A DNA stretch of 64,000 nt from a candidate division CSSED10-310 bacterium (GCA_016927905.1 JAFGLW010000004.1:1-64000), one strand, 5' to 3'; counted from the stretch's first letter, positions 37,578 through 49,261 are shown. Program-made: numbers and translations. Notes: generated by a model from the sequence alone, not told the origin.

Positions 37578-40500
37578 ATGGATCGCAACGGTTTGAAACA
37601 TACTGCTTTGACGGGATTGCTGATCCCGGTGGTATTGCTGTGGACCGCTTTTCCGGTTTATTCCGAAACAGTACGGGTGGCGGTTCCCGAGGTGAGCGGG
37701 TATTGTCTGGAGGATTTTGATGGAGGTCAGGTTCTGACTTTGCCCGGCTATGGCCGCGGGAACATCCCCGGAGAACCTCAGCTCCCCGCCAGAATTTTCG
37801 CGGTTGCCATCCCTCCAGGTGCGCGGGTTGATTCCGTCGATGTCCGTTCTTCTGAGACCGAGGTGCTTCCGGGCACTTTCATTATCGCTCCGAAACCGGT
37901 TCCCCGGCCGTTGAGCGGGGAAGAATCGAAGCGCGAGCTGGAAGCGAAACAGACGTTCATCGCACGTCAGAAGGAGATATACAGCCAGGATGAGCTGTTC
38001 CCCGGGCGGATCGGTGCCATCGTCAGGACGGCCGGATTCCGGAAATACAACCTGGTGGATGTCCGGATTTCTCCGGTTCAGTACCGACCGCAGTCGGGCG
38101 TTCTGATCCGTCACACCGGGATCATCATGGACGTGCACTACACTCCGGGCATCTTCCCGGTGAATCCGTCGGTCCTGACGGATTGGCAGCAGAGAATGGA
38201 GCGCCGGGCGGAGCAGATGATCCTGAATTATCAACAGGCGCAGCAGTGGTATCCCGAGGTTGCCCCGCAGCGAGGGTTGTATGAATTCGTGATCATCACC
38301 ACCGAAGATCTGGAAAGCTCCGTTTCGGATCTGGCAAACTGGGAAATCATCAAGGGGAAACCATCCAATGTGGTGACGGTGGAATGGATTTCCTCGACTT
38401 ATGCCGGAGTGGATCTGGCGCAGAAGATGCGGAATTTCCTGCTGGAGAAATATCCTTCCGGAGAATGGGGGATCGAAGATGTCTGCATGGCGGGTCATTA
38501 CGATGATGTGCCCATGCGCAGGATCGCCGATGATCCGGATACGGACCTGTATTTTGCCGAACTGTCGCTCCCGGACAATCAATCCTGGGACGCCAACTCC
38601 AACGGCCAGTATCTGGACAGCGGGGATAGCTGTGATTTTTACGCGGAGATCAATGTCGGGCGGATACCGTGGAGCGAGCCGGCGATCATGCAGCACATCT
38701 GCCAGAAATCCGTAGCCTACGAGATGACCGACGATCCCGCTTTCAAAAAGAACATTCTGCTCCTGGGATCCTATTTCTGGTCGGACACCGACAATGCGGT
38801 TCTGATGGAAGCCAAGGTGGATCAGGAATGGATGTCGGACTGGACCATGTTCCGGATGTACGAGAAAAACACCGATTATTTCTCTCCCTATCCATGCGAC
38901 ATGGAGCTGCTTCATGAAAATGCTGTGCCGGAATGGTCCACCGGGACCTATGCCTTCGTGAACTATGCCGGACACGGATCGTCGGTTTCATGCCATATCC
39001 TGGGCATCGGTCAGCCCGCATTCATCGAACACGTCGATTGCTCCCAGTTGAACGATGACTACCCTTCTATCGTGTTTGCCGACGCATGCAGCAACAGCGA
39101 AACCACCACCTCGACCAGCATTGGAAGAGAAATGCTGAAACAGGGTGCGGTGGGTTTCGTTGGATCGACCCGGATCGCCTACGGCTGTCCTGGATGGAGC
39201 GGTCCGGAAGACGGATCCAGCCAGTCTCTGGATTACTATTTCACGACCAGTGTCACGTCGGGGGAATACAGCCAGGGCGCAGCACTCCAGCGCGGCCTGC
39301 AGGAAGTATATCAGATGAACGGTTGGAATTATCCGGCGCTGGAAATGTGCGAATGGAGCCTGTGGGGGAATCCGGATCTGGGTGTGGCGTTTGCCCTGTC
39401 CAGCGACGGTACGGTGATGTTCGATAGGATGGTGTACATGCTGAACGACTCGGCGGTGATCACCGTCCGGGATCTGGATCTGGATGAAAATCCGGGTGTC
39501 CCGGATACCATCGACGTGGAAGTGAGTACGACCGGCGGCGATCTGGAAACCCTGACCCTGACCGAAACCGGCGGGTCCACCTATGTGTTCGAAAACAGCA
39601 TCACCGTTCAACCGGGATCACCGGTGACCGGCAATGGCATGATCGAGGTGAGTCATGGTGATGATATCCAGGTTATTTATATCGACGCCGATGACGGGCA
39701 TGGCGGTGTGAATGTTCCCAAGACGGCCGAAGCGGATGTCGACGGCGTACCCCCGGTGATCTCCGGAGTAACGGTGACGAATATCACCGAGGATTCCTTC
39801 ACGGTGGAATGGACGACGGACGAGGAATCCGACAGCGGGGTGACCTACGGCGAGGTCTCCCCGGATACGACCGTCAGCTCCGGAACCATGACCACCAACC
39901 ATTCGATTGCCGTCACGGATCTGGAACAGTGCACGGTTTATTACTTCTATGTCGAATCCAGGGATCGTGCCGGGAATGCGGCGGTGGACGACAACGGGGG
40001 TTCATACTATTCGCTCGAGACTTATATTCTGTTTGTTTCCCTGACTGCGGACATGGACGCCGATCCCGGATGGACCTACGAAGGTCAGTGGGCATGGGGT
40101 CAGCCAGCCGGATTGCAGGGTGATCCCCCGTCCGGATACACGGGAACGAATGTCGTCGGATACAACCTGAACGGTGAATATTCGGGGAATATGCCGGTGC
40201 GGTACGCAACCACCGGATCGTTCGACTGCACCGGGATGAGTGCAGTATATCTGGGATTCTGGCGGTGGCTCGGCGTTGAAAGCAACACCTGGGATCATGC
40301 CAGCATCCAGGTTTCGAATGATGGCGGATCGAGCTGGTCGACCGTCTGGGAAAATCCGGGATCGAGCATCAACGATCCGGACTGGACCTTTGTGGAGTAT
40401 GACATCTCGGACTGGGCGGCCGGACATGCCGACGTCAAACTGCGATGGGGCATGGGTCCGGCCGACGGGTACATCGAATACTGCGGATGGAACATCGATG

Positions 40501-42404
40501 ATGTGGTCATATCCAATGCCGTTCCCTGCAACCAGTCGATTCTGACCTACCAGAGCCACGTCATCGACGACTCCGCCGGAAACGGTGACGGGGAGATCAA
40601 CGGGGGTGAAACCATCGCCCTGTCGGTGACGCTGCAGAATATCGGCCTGGAGGCCACCGGGGTGGAAGCGGTGCTCAGTACCACCAATCCACACGTGACC
40701 ATCACGGTGAGTCACGCCGAATTTCCGGATATTCCCCAGAGCGGCGTTGGAACTTCCCTGACCGATTACGTGTTCGAGGTGAGCGAAGACGTTTCGGACG
40801 GCGAAGTGATCCCGTTCGAGCTGTCCTGGACCTGCACGGGCGCTTCCGGCCAGACCGGGTTTAACGATCTGATCGTCGCTCCGGGACTGGAATGGTATTC
40901 CTCGGTTGTTCTCGATCCCGTCGAAGGTGACGGAGACGGCGTCCTGGACCCGGGTGAAACCGCCCAGATCATGGTGACATTGTTCAACCGGGGACATGGA
41001 ACCGCTCACGATGTAATTGCCGATCTGACATCCAGCCACCCGCAGTACGTCACCATCGATGACGGCTCCGCGGATTTCCCGGATATGGAAGGTGAACGCT
41101 ATGGGACCAGCATTGCACCCCATTTTACGGTTACCGCCGATCCCGCCACACCCGATCACACCATCGTGACGTTCACTCTGGCCATCACGGGACAGAATTA
41201 TGCCACGGAGGATACTTTTGTTCTGGAAGTGACCGTATCGGATTTCATCTGCCGGTATGCCTGGGACCTGGACACCGATCCGGGCTGGACCTGTGAGAAT
41301 CAGTGGGCATGGGGCGTGCCGCTCGGACAGAGCGGCGATCCCACGTCGGGATACACCGGCGCCAACGTCTACGGATACAATCTGGCCGGGAACTACCCAC
41401 CCTTCCTTCCGGAAACATTTCTCACGTCGGAGGCCATCGACTGTTCCATGCTGAGCAGCGTGGAGGTGCGGTTCATGCGCTGGCTGGGGGTGGAAAGCGC
41501 ACAGTGGGATCATGCCTGTTTCCGGGTTTCCAACGACGGGTCGACCTGGTACACCATCTGGTCTCATACGGGCGAAACACTGCTCGACACCTCGTGGCAG
41601 AACATGTCGTACGACATTTCGGATTATGCCGACGGACAATCCGCCGTGTACCTGAGATGGGTCATGGGTGAATCGGATTCCTATGTTGAATATTTCGGCT
41701 GGAACCTGGACGATATCGAAATCTGGGCGGAAAGCGGCAATCCGGTGCCGACACACACGCCGGTGCCGCCCACGGCGACATCCATGCCGCCCACCGCAAC
41801 GCCGGTCATTCCCACCGCGACATCCATGCCGCCCACCGCAACGCCGGTCATTCCCACCGCGACATCGGCACCGCCCACGGATACACCCATTCCGCCGACC
41901 GATACACCCATTCCGCCGACCGATACACCCATTCCGCCGACCGATACTCCCGTTCCGCCGACCGATACTCCCGTTCCGCCGACTCACACGCCGGTGCCGC
42001 CCACCGCGACGCCGGTACCGCCGACCTCCACGCCGACGCCCGATCCCGGCATGACACTGATCATCGACGATGATTACCTGGAGCCCGGCGACATATTCCA
42101 TCTGCATTATTATCTTTACAATCCCGGGGTGGAAATGCGCACCCTGGATGCCTATATCCTGCTGGATGTCTACGGAGCGTACTGGTGTTATCCCGGATGG
42201 AATCACATCAGCATGGGACTGGATTACCTTCCCAACGTGCACATGAGTGCCGGGGCAACCATGCATGAGGACGTGTTCAGTTTCACCTGGGGCGACTACA
42301 ACGCCGGGGATTATCATGAGTTGTTCTTCTATGGGGCTGTGTTCGATGCGGGAACATTCGATATCTTCGGTGATTTCCAGATGATCGAGTGGGGATTCGA
42401 ATAG
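37578..42404 (+). CDS. Secreted gingipain-family (C25, clan CD) cysteine peptidase. Order: peptidase domain, beta-sandwich domain, FN3-like domain, 2x lectin-like domain, Pro/Thr linker, ~115-aa conserved C-terminal domain.
   Basis: It has a signal peptide ([29 protein letters not shown]). VNYAGHGS and VFADACSNS form the His/Cys dyad. The PT linker is at 41745-42050. The C-terminal domain aligns with that of the ORF at 20230. Confidence 0.8.
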   Translation: MDRNGLKHTALTGLLIPVVLLWTAFPVYSETVRVAVPEVSGYCLEDFDGGQVLTLPGYGRGNIPGEPQLPARIFAVAIPPGARVDSVDVRSSETEVLPGTFIIAPKPVPRPLSGEESKRELEAKQTFIARQKEIYSQDELFPGRIGAIVRTAGFRKYNLVDVRISPVQYRPQSGVLIRHTGIIMDVHYTPGIFPVNPSVLTDWQQRMERRAEQMILNYQQAQQWYPEVAPQRGLYEFVIITTEDLESSVSDLANWEIIKGKPSNVVTVEWISSTYAGVDLAQKMRNFLLEKYPSGEWGIEDVCMAGHYDDVPMRRIADDPDTDLYFAELSLPDNQSWDANSNGQYLDSGDSCDFYAEINVGRIPWSEPAIMQHICQKSVAYEMTDDPAFKKNILLLGSYFWSDTDNAVLMEAKVDQEWMSDWTMFRMYEKNTDYFSPYPCDMELLHENAVPEWSTGTYAFVNYAGHGSSVSCHILGIGQPAFIEHVDCSQLNDDYPSIVFADACSNSETTTSTSIGREMLKQGAVGFVGSTRIAYGCPGWSGPEDGSSQSLDYYFTTSVTSGEYSQGAALQRGLQEVYQMNGWNYPALEMCEWSLWGNPDLGVAFALSSDGTVMFDRMVYMLNDSAVITVRDLDLDENPGVPDTIDVEVSTTGGDLETLTLTETGGSTYVFENSITVQPGSPVTGNGMIEVSHGDDIQVIYIDADDGHGGVNVPKTAEADVDGVPPVISGVTVTNITEDSFTVEWTTDEESDSGVTYGEVSPDTTVSSGTMTTNHSIAVTDLEQCTVYYFYVESRDRAGNAAVDDNGGSYYSLETYILFVSLTADMDADPGWTYEGQWAWGQPAGLQGDPPSGYTGTNVVGYNLNGEYSGNMPVRYATTGSFDCTGMSAVYLGFWRWLGVESNTWDHASIQVSNDGGSSWSTVWENPGSSINDPDWTFVEYDISDWAAGHADVKLRWGMGPADGYIEYCGWNIDDVVISNAVPCNQSILTYQSHVIDDSAGNGDGEINGGETIALSVTLQNIGLEATGVEAVLSTTNPHVTITVSHAEFPDIPQSGVGTSLTDYVFEVSEDVSDGEVIPFELSWTCTGASGQTGFNDLIVAPGLEWYSSVVLDPVEGDGDGVLDPGETAQIMVTLFNRGHGTAHDVIADLTSSHPQYVTIDDGSADFPDMEGERYGTSIAPHFTVTADPATPDHTIVTFTLAITGQNYATEDTFVLEVTVSDFICRYAWDLDTDPGWTCENQWAWGVPLGQSGDPTSGYTGANVYGYNLAGNYPPFLPETFLTSEAIDCSMLSSVEVRFMRWLGVESAQWDHACFRVSNDGSTWYTIWSHTGETLLDTSWQNMSYDISDYADGQSAVYLRWVMGESDSYVEYFGWNLDDIEIWAESGNPVPTHTPVPPTATSMPPTATPVIPTATSMPPTATPVIPTATSAPPTDTPIPPTDTPIPPTDTPIPPTDTPVPPTDTPVPPTHTPVPPTATPVPPTSTPTPDPGMTLIIDDDYLEPGDIFHLHYYLYNPGVEMRTLDAYILLDVYGAYWCYPGWNHISMGLDYLPNVHMSAGATMHEDVFSFTWGDYNAGDYHELFFYGAVFDAGTFDIFGDFQMIEWGFE
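41745..42050 (+). repeat. Intragenic tandem repeats (24-bp units gaccgatacacccattccgccgacc x3-5 plus variants) encoding the PT linker.
   Basis: Exact reiteration is visible at 41881-42000. Confidence 0.75.
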
Positions 42405-42423
42405 AACAGGCAGAATTTGATTG

Positions 42424-42470
42424 CCGGCACGCAGTGTCTCAAGGCGCTGCGTGCCGGTTGCCTTTCCGGA
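42424..42470 (+). terminator. Candidate terminator hairpin (ccggcacgcag ... ctgcgtgccgg) followed by a T-rich tract.
   Basis: There is an 11-bp stem 20 nt after the stop. The T tract is interrupted (ttgcctttcc). Confidence 0.4.
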
Positions 42471-42524
42471 TTGTTTCCGTATAATGAAAAATAGTGCGGT
42501 TAACCCCGTTCGGAGGAGGTGTAT

Positions 42525-44933
42525 GTGAAGAAGATGATGTCCCCCTGGAATATAATGATCGTTTTCGGTGCAATTGTGTCTCTGATGTTTCCGGCAGATT
42601 CCGGCGCAGCGCTCAAGCCGAAGGTTGTTGATGTTGCCATGGAGCTGTCGACCCTGCATCCGGCGCTGAACGGCGAATACGCCGCGAATGTCCGGATCCG
42701 GGCGCAGGAAGATATTCCGGACCTGACTGTGGTTGTGGAACTTCCGCAACAGATTGAACTTGTATCGGATTCGGTAAAATGGTCCGGTTCGCTGGCTGCG
42801 GGGAATTCAATCGAATTGAAACCGGGAATCCGGATCGTATCCGAAGGCCGGTTTTCCATCCGCGTCCGGATCAGCACACCGGAAAACCGGGTGAGGGAAA
42901 CCTGGGAGCATCTGAATTTCATACTCGAAAACGGGCGGAACCAGGTGTCCGGAGAACCCTTTATCCGGATGGATCTGGATGCCGCCGCAACTCCGGAGGA
43001 ACGACAGGCTGTCACGCGGTTCAAGGCGGCGCACACCGAGATCATCGTGCAGCCGGCCGCCGGGAGATCTGCTCCCGCCAAATGGACCGCCACCATCACC
43101 GGCAAGGCGGAATACGTGGATGTGATGGGGAACAGTCACCCCATCCGCCTGGCCAAGATCCAGGTTTCCAATGAGGATCCCGATGCGCAGTATGCCGTTC
43201 TGGGAAGCAGCAACACGGGTTTTGACGGCACATTCACCATCCAGGCCGTCTGCCAGGAAGAAGGAATGATCCCGGATGTCCAGCTCAGAGTGTATTCCTC
43301 CCACCCGGACAATTTGTTCACCATGGTCTGCCCGTCCAAAACGGATCCGTTTTACACCCTGTTGTCCGATATCCGGGTCGACTGCCCGGCGGGAAACATC
43401 ACCATCAACGTGAAAACCGGCCAGCCCCAGTTGAATCAGACCAATGACGACGTGATCGCCCGGGCGTTCGCGGTCCTGGACGGGATGCTTCAGGCATACC
43501 TGGAAAGCTATGCCATCCGGGTCGCTGACGGGTACATGGATCCGGTGCGGTATATTGATACCGTGTTCCCGGCGAGCTCCTGTTACAATACAGGGGAGGA
43601 TTGTATCCAGATCGCCCATCTCGACTCCCAGGAATGGGACCTTGTTTATCACGAATTCTACCATTTCTTCTCGAGAGAAGCCGCCAAGACCAAGTTCAAT
43701 AACGGACCGGGCGGCGCGCATGACGGATCCAGCGCCATTCCGGATTATGGCAAGGACACAGGTATCCGGCTGGCCTGGGACGAGGGCATCGCGACGTTCA
43801 TGTCCATTACGACGCAGCTGGAGGATCGTTCCCGGAAGGACTGGGGTATTCCATGCCCGTCCATGCCATGTCTGGGAGACCGGAAGTATGAAGAGATCGA
43901 AGGGACGGCCTGGTCGATCGACCTGGAAACGGTGGGTCAGACACATCCTTACAGCGAGGGTTACGGGAGTGAATTCTCGGTGCTGGGAACGTTATATGAT
44001 CTGTGGGACGGAGACAGAGACGGTACCGATCTGCAGGGTGTCAACTGCAAGGATTATATCCAGCTTTCGCTTCACAGTATCTGGAAACTGTGGAATACCG
44101 GGGACTGGGATGACGTCAGCAAATTTTATGCCTATGTGAGCAGTATTTTAATGGGAGCCGACGCCAATCTCGTTCCGATGTTTTCCTGCCCGTTCGCCAT
44201 GAACCACATCGCTCCCATGGCCTACGATCCCAGAGAAGGCGACATGCTCAGCCGCTCCCAGTGTCCCACCTTTACATGGGCACCCTATGGCGATTCCACT
44301 CCGGGTTATTTCAATGATGAGTTTATACTGGGAATTTTTAAGGGTGGACTCTCATATACCAATATCGTTTTTGCCAAATTCGATCTTAAAACGACCAGCT
44401 GGACTCCCACAAAGGATGAATGGGAAGCCATCACGCATGGCGCTACCAACTCAACCCGGTACTACTGGTACGTCATGGGATGGAACACCCAGATTCCCAG
44501 GACACCGCCCAGCAATGTCGGGATGACGGCATTTATCAGCAACGCACACAGTTTTGTTCTGCGGCCCAACATCTATGCCCAGGGAATGATGGGGTGCCAG
44601 GACAAGGATCCCGCGCTTTTCTTCAGCGGGATCCCTCTGGAGATCAACCCGGATTCCAACGAATATCCGTTCCACGGGTCGGGCGCCGGAAAAGACTATG
44701 ACGGAGATCCCATCTATTTCATTCTCGACGGCAAATTCATCCTGAGCCAGTCAATGGTTCGAGTGGATATCGAAATGTACAGTGATCCCGGTTATACAAC
44801 ACATATTCGAACGGACCGGGCTGAAGCATACTCCTGGAACGAATGGTTCTACGACTTCGCCTGCGATCTGATCCGGGACACCACCGCCGGCTGCCGACCC
44901 ATATGGTTTGCGGTGAAATTCGCCGATCACTGA
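42525..44933 (+). CDS. Secreted hypothetical protein with a HExxH motif (possible zincin-like metallopeptidase).
   Basis: It has a signal peptide. The motif is VYHEFYHFF, followed by WDEGIATF. The start is ambiguous (GTG 42519, GTG 42525 or ATG 42534). Confidence 0.5.
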   Translation: MKKMMSPWNIMIVFGAIVSLMFPADSGAALKPKVVDVAMELSTLHPALNGEYAANVRIRAQEDIPDLTVVVELPQQIELVSDSVKWSGSLAAGNSIELKPGIRIVSEGRFSIRVRISTPENRVRETWEHLNFILENGRNQVSGEPFIRMDLDAAATPEERQAVTRFKAAHTEIIVQPAAGRSAPAKWTATITGKAEYVDVMGNSHPIRLAKIQVSNEDPDAQYAVLGSSNTGFDGTFTIQAVCQEEGMIPDVQLRVYSSHPDNLFTMVCPSKTDPFYTLLSDIRVDCPAGNITINVKTGQPQLNQTNDDVIARAFAVLDGMLQAYLESYAIRVADGYMDPVRYIDTVFPASSCYNTGEDCIQIAHLDSQEWDLVYHEFYHFFSREAAKTKFNNGPGGAHDGSSAIPDYGKDTGIRLAWDEGIATFMSITTQLEDRSRKDWGIPCPSMPCLGDRKYEEIEGTAWSIDLETVGQTHPYSEGYGSEFSVLGTLYDLWDGDRDGTDLQGVNCKDYIQLSLHSIWKLWNTGDWDDVSKFYAYVSSILMGADANLVPMFSCPFAMNHIAPMAYDPREGDMLSRSQCPTFTWAPYGDSTPGYFNDEFILGIFKGGLSYTNIVFAKFDLKTTSWTPTKDEWEAITHGATNSTRYYWYVMGWNTQIPRTPPSNVGMTAFISNAHSFVLRPNIYAQGMMGCQDKDPALFFSGIPLEINPDSNEYPFHGSGAGKDYDGDPIYFILDGKFILSQSMVRVDIEMYSDPGYTTHIRTDRAEAYSWNEWFYDFACDLIRDTTAGCRPIWFAVKFADH

Positions 44934-45092
44934 AAACCGGACGAACGATCCCGGATCTCCGTGCCCTGTTCATCCGCCTTTTGATCATGTAATTTTGCAT
45001 CGTATCACAGCAACCATCAAAACCAATGTTGATCGGCCGGCCGGTCCGGGTTTACCATTCCGTCAGATGACTCGATTCCCGGCGATCCCGAC

Positions 45093-46442
45093 ATGAAATG
45101 TGAAAAACTGTTTGTCCAACTGGCAGCGCTGTTCGGTGTGCTGTTTGCCCTGATCACGCCCCCTTTCCAGGTCCCGGACGAAGGGGCACATTTCCGGAGA
45201 AGCTATATTACTTCCGAACTCAAAATCTTCGAATACCGGGATCGGGGATGCGTCGGTCATGACCTTCCGAGATCCGTGATCGCCGTTTCGGACGAGTTCC
45301 ACGAAGCGCTGGCTTTCAAGCCGTCGGCCAAGATACACCCCGGAAGGATTTTTGAAAGCCTGAACACCCCGCTCGATCCCGGCATCAGGATGTTCTGCTG
45401 CTTTCCCAATACCGCCGTTTACACGCCCCTGGTCTACCTGCCCCAGGCCGCCGGGATCCTGATCGGGCGCTGTTGTTCGCTGTCTCCACTGATTCTGATG
45501 TACCTGGCACGCCTGCTCAATCTCACCGTTTGGATGATTCTGGTTGCCACTGCAATCCGGATCACACCCGTCGGGAAATGGGTGTTCTTCTTCCTGGGGC
45601 TGATGCCCATGACCCTGTTCGAGGCGGCCTCCGTCTCCGCCGACAGCCTGACCATCGGCAGCTCCTTTATTTACACCGCATTTCTTCTCAGGAGCAGCCT
45701 GGAGGATACACCGGTGCGGTGGAAATGGTTTGCGGTTCTGATACCGCTGACACTGATACAGCTGCTGGTCAAACAGGGATATATACTTCTGACCGGACTG
45801 ATTTTCATGATACCGGCCGGCCGGTTCGGGTCGATTCGGAAATATCTCGTCTTCACCGGTTCCTATCTGGCGGGTTCATTCGCCGTGGTCAAGACCTGGT
45901 CCGTCCAGATCCGCGATATCTCCCCGCCGCCCGAGGATGTCTTCCCGCCCGAGCAGATACGCCATATCCTCTCCGGCTGGAATATCCTTCCCGAAGTTTT
46001 CCTAAATACACTGGACCGCCATTTCCTCCCATATGTCAAGAGCTTCGTCGGGACACTCGGCTGGCTGGATACCCATCTCAATACGTCCTTTATCTATTTC
46101 TACCTCGCGATTCTAATACTGGCCTCTCTGATCAAACCAGGGACATCATCCGGGCTGAGATTCCGGCACAAAGCGCTCATGGCAACGGTGCTGTGCGCCA
46201 GCACTTTTATGATATTCGTCGTGCTGTATATCCGGTGGACACCCCCGAAACTGCCGATCATCTCCGGCCTGCAGGGTCGGTATTTCATTCCACTGGCCCC
46301 GCTGTTCTTCATGCTGTTTTCCAGCAGCAGGGTCGGTATCGCTACGGACTCGAAATGGGTGTCGCCGGCGGCTGAAATCATCTCGATCCTGTCGCTGGGT
46401 TATGCTCTCGGCGTTATCGTGATGCGATACTATATAATTTAA
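45093..46442 (+). CDS. Polytopic membrane protein, DUF2142/GT-C-like.
   Basis: PPFQVPDEGAHFRRSY is a DExxHF-like motif after TM1. It has about 10 TM helices. Confidence 0.45.
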   Translation: MKCEKLFVQLAALFGVLFALITPPFQVPDEGAHFRRSYITSELKIFEYRDRGCVGHDLPRSVIAVSDEFHEALAFKPSAKIHPGRIFESLNTPLDPGIRMFCCFPNTAVYTPLVYLPQAAGILIGRCCSLSPLILMYLARLLNLTVWMILVATAIRITPVGKWVFFFLGLMPMTLFEAASVSADSLTIGSSFIYTAFLLRSSLEDTPVRWKWFAVLIPLTLIQLLVKQGYILLTGLIFMIPAGRFGSIRKYLVFTGSYLAGSFAVVKTWSVQIRDISPPPEDVFPPEQIRHILSGWNILPEVFLNTLDRHFLPYVKSFVGTLGWLDTHLNTSFIYFYLAILILASLIKPGTSSGLRFRHKALMATVLCASTFMIFVVLYIRWTPPKLPIISGLQGRYFIPLAPLFFMLFSSSRVGIATDSKWVSPAAEIISILSLGYALGVIVMRYYII

Positions 46443-46536
46443 ATATCAGAATTTCGAATCAAAGTTCGTCTTTAGGGTTGATAATTAACAGAAAATAATG
46501 TATATTAAAATTGTCGGGTTTTTCCGACGGGGAGAA

Positions 46537-47829
46537 ATGAAAGTGAAGAAACGCGGGAAAATCGGGATATTTTATGTTGCGGTCATGCTTCAGATTTCGG
46601 TTCTGACGGGACCGGGTTTTGCCGGGGAAGTGATTGATGATCCCCGGTTTCTGGCGGAACGGGCGGTGGATGTCAACCCTTCGCTGCATTCGGTCCGGGA
46701 ACGAATTCGGGCGTTGGAATATGAGGCGGATTCGGTCGAGATATTCAGGGATCCGGTCATTTCGCTGGAGTACAGCAATGTGCCGGTCGATTCGTTCGCG
46801 ATGGGCGATTCGCCCATGACCGGGATTCAGTTTTCGATCCGGCAGACGCTCCCTTTCCCCGGGAAGAACGACCGCAGGCGGGATGTGGCAGCAGTCAAGA
46901 CAGAGGCATGGGGATATCAACTGGATGAGCAGCAGAACATGCTCCGGGCTGCCGTGGAGAAAGCTTATTGGAACCTGACGCTGACGCGGCAGCTGCGAGC
47001 CATTACGGAGCGGCATGTCGAGCTTGTCGGGCAGCTGATCGACACCGTCAGGTTCAAGTACCAGATCGGGAAAGTCGAGCAACACGAGTTGTTACGGATG
47101 GAACTGCTCCGCAAGATGCTCCGCGACGATCTTGCCGATTATGATCTCCGGGAGCGGCAGTTGACGGCGGAGATCAACGGAGTGCTGCACCGTGCTGCAG
47201 ACGTCAATATCGGAACTCCCGCCGATGCCGCCCCGGTTGCGCCGCTGTCCGATCCCTCCCGGATGCATGAGGTTTTCCGGAAAAATCGACCTTTGCTGGC
47301 GCAGCTTCAAACGAACGTGGACATTCACCGGAAATCGGCTGATTTGGCTGAAATGGATCGCTGGCCGGATCTGACGGTCATGGGTGGTTATCGGGTACGG
47401 ACCGAAAGCGGAATGGATCCCGGTACGGATTTCATCACGGTGGGCGTTTCCATTCCGATACCCTTTGATTTTAAGCATCGATATGCCGCGATGCGTGAAG
47501 ATCATGCGACTCAGGCGGCTGCGGCTCAAATGGAATATGATGCGGCGGTCGACCGGATTGCTACGGAGCTTGAGGTTGCGCTTGCGGCCTGGGAACGCGC
47601 TTATCAGAAGACGGAATTATACAGATCGATTCTGATTCCGGAAGCGGAAAAAACTCTCAAGGCCGCGATGACGGCGTACCAGTCGGATCTCGCGGATTTT
47701 TCCTCCCTGTACCAGTCGGAACTCCAGTTGCTGGAGTTCGACCGGTCGGTCACCGAGGCCGGGATTCAGACCCGGATCCAGCGGGTCACCGTTGCGGCGT
47801 TGATCGGACGGGATCCGCAGATGCGATAA
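46537..47829 (+). CDS. TolC-family outer-membrane efflux protein (CusC/CzcC-like).
   Basis: It has a signal peptide and two coiled-coil/beta-barrel repeats. It is the first gene of an RND operon. Confidence 0.75.
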   Translation: MKVKKRGKIGIFYVAVMLQISVLTGPGFAGEVIDDPRFLAERAVDVNPSLHSVRERIRALEYEADSVEIFRDPVISLEYSNVPVDSFAMGDSPMTGIQFSIRQTLPFPGKNDRRRDVAAVKTEAWGYQLDEQQNMLRAAVEKAYWNLTLTRQLRAITERHVELVGQLIDTVRFKYQIGKVEQHELLRMELLRKMLRDDLADYDLRERQLTAEINGVLHRAADVNIGTPADAAPVAPLSDPSRMHEVFRKNRPLLAQLQTNVDIHRKSADLAEMDRWPDLTVMGGYRVRTESGMDPGTDFITVGVSIPIPFDFKHRYAAMREDHATQAAAAQMEYDAAVDRIATELEVALAAWERAYQKTELYRSILIPEAEKTLKAAMTAYQSDLADFSSLYQSELQLLEFDRSVTEAGIQTRIQRVTVAALIGRDPQMR

Positions 47830-47841
47830 GGAGCATTCAAT

Positions 47842-49227
47842 ATGAACTGGAAAAAAGATACCATTTATCCTGAAACCATCCGGATATGCATGGTTTTCCT
47901 GTTTCTGACCGTCGGAATTATCCTGCCGTCCGGCACCGCCGGTCTGATGGACGGGGATGCAGTGTATACCTGTCCCATGCATCCGGAGATATTACGGGAG
48001 CAGCCGGGTTCCTGTCCCATTTGTGGAATGGATCTGGTTGAGGCTGCGGATCGAGAGCTGCACACCCCGGACTTTGACGTTTTGATCGATCCGGTGGTGG
48101 TGCAGAACATGGGTGTCCGGCTCGAACACGTGAAACGCGGCTCAATCCACCGGGATGTCCGGGCTCTGGGTGAAGTCGAGGTAGCTGAAGATGAGATCTC
48201 CGTGGTCAATCTGCGTTATTCCGGGTGGATCGAGAAAATATATGTGGATGAGACCGGTCAGGAAGTAAAGAAGGGTGATCCGCTGTTCAGCATATATTCT
48301 CCGGATCTGGTTGCGACCTTGAAGGAATATCTTCTGGCCGTGAACACCCGCGGTGCGGACAGTGAATTTGCCAGATCGGCCGCCGGCCGGTTGAATTTCT
48401 GGAACATCCCGGAATCGGTGCTGAAACGAGTCATCAAGAACCAGACGGTTGACCGAACCCTGACCATTATCTCCCCGGGCAGCGGTTATATCCTGCACAA
48501 GGATGTGGTTGAAGGCACGAAAGTGAACGAGGGAAGGGATCTGTACCGGATCGGTAATTTGAAGAAGATCTGGGTTGCGGCGGAGGTTTACGAATTCGAT
48601 GCGCCGTGGATCCGGATCGGCCAGAAAGCCGACATGGAACTGCCGTTTCAGCAGGGCCGGCATTGGGACGGCGTGGTCAGCACCATCTACCCGACGCTGA
48701 ACAAGATCAGCCGAACTCTGACCGTGCGGCTTGAATATCAGAATCCGGGTGTGGAATTGAAACCGGGGATGTTCGCGACCGTCCGAATCCATGCACAGGA
48801 AAAAGACAATGCTCTGGTGATTCCGACTGAAGCCATCATTCGTTCCGGGGAACGCCAGATCGTCTTCGTTGCAAAGGAACTGGGCCGGTATGAACCGCGG
48901 GAGATCATTACGGGTCTGACCGGCAGCGGTCACATCAGCGAAGTCCTTTCCGGATTGACCGAGGGTGAAGCGGTGGTGATTTCCGGCCAGTTTCTGCTCG
49001 ATTCCGAATCACAGTTGCAGGAAGCCATCCGGAAATTCACCGCTTCAGGCCTGCAGGTCGGGAGGCCTGTCCCGGAGAAGGCTTCACACGAACAGATGCA
49101 ACTTGAGTATGCGGCAATGGATGCTCCAGAAGCAGTTTACACCTGCCCGATGCATTCTCAGATCGTTCAATCCGAACCGGGAAACTGCCCCATCTGCAGG
49201 ATGGAGCTGGTCGAAAGAACCCGCTGA
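47842..49227 (+). CDS. Heavy-metal RND membrane-fusion protein (CusB/CzcB-like) with metal-binding CPMHP...CPICGM domains at both termini.
   Basis: YTCPMHPEILREQPGSCPICGMDL is at the N-terminus and YTCPMHSQIVQSEPGNCPICRMEL at the C-terminus. A biotinyl-lipoyl/beta-barrel MFP core lies between them. Confidence 0.8.
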   Translation: MNWKKDTIYPETIRICMVFLFLTVGIILPSGTAGLMDGDAVYTCPMHPEILREQPGSCPICGMDLVEAADRELHTPDFDVLIDPVVVQNMGVRLEHVKRGSIHRDVRALGEVEVAEDEISVVNLRYSGWIEKIYVDETGQEVKKGDPLFSIYSPDLVATLKEYLLAVNTRGADSEFARSAAGRLNFWNIPESVLKRVIKNQTVDRTLTIISPGSGYILHKDVVEGTKVNEGRDLYRIGNLKKIWVAAEVYEFDAPWIRIGQKADMELPFQQGRHWDGVVSTIYPTLNKISRTLTVRLEYQNPGVELKPGMFATVRIHAQEKDNALVIPTEAIIRSGERQIVFVAKELGRYEPREIITGLTGSGHISEVLSGLTEGEAVVISGQFLLDSESQLQEAIRKFTASGLQVGRPVPEKASHEQMQLEYAAMDAPEAVYTCPMHSQIVQSEPGNCPICRMELVERTR

Positions 49228-49261
49228 AGCGTCATGAAACCCGCCGAATGAGGGATCCGTC

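Noticed and set aside
46459-47085. Minus-strand 208-aa ORF overlapping the TolC-like gene start.
   Set aside because: It is antisense to a well-supported outer-membrane efflux gene, has no recognisable domain, and has low-complexity composition.
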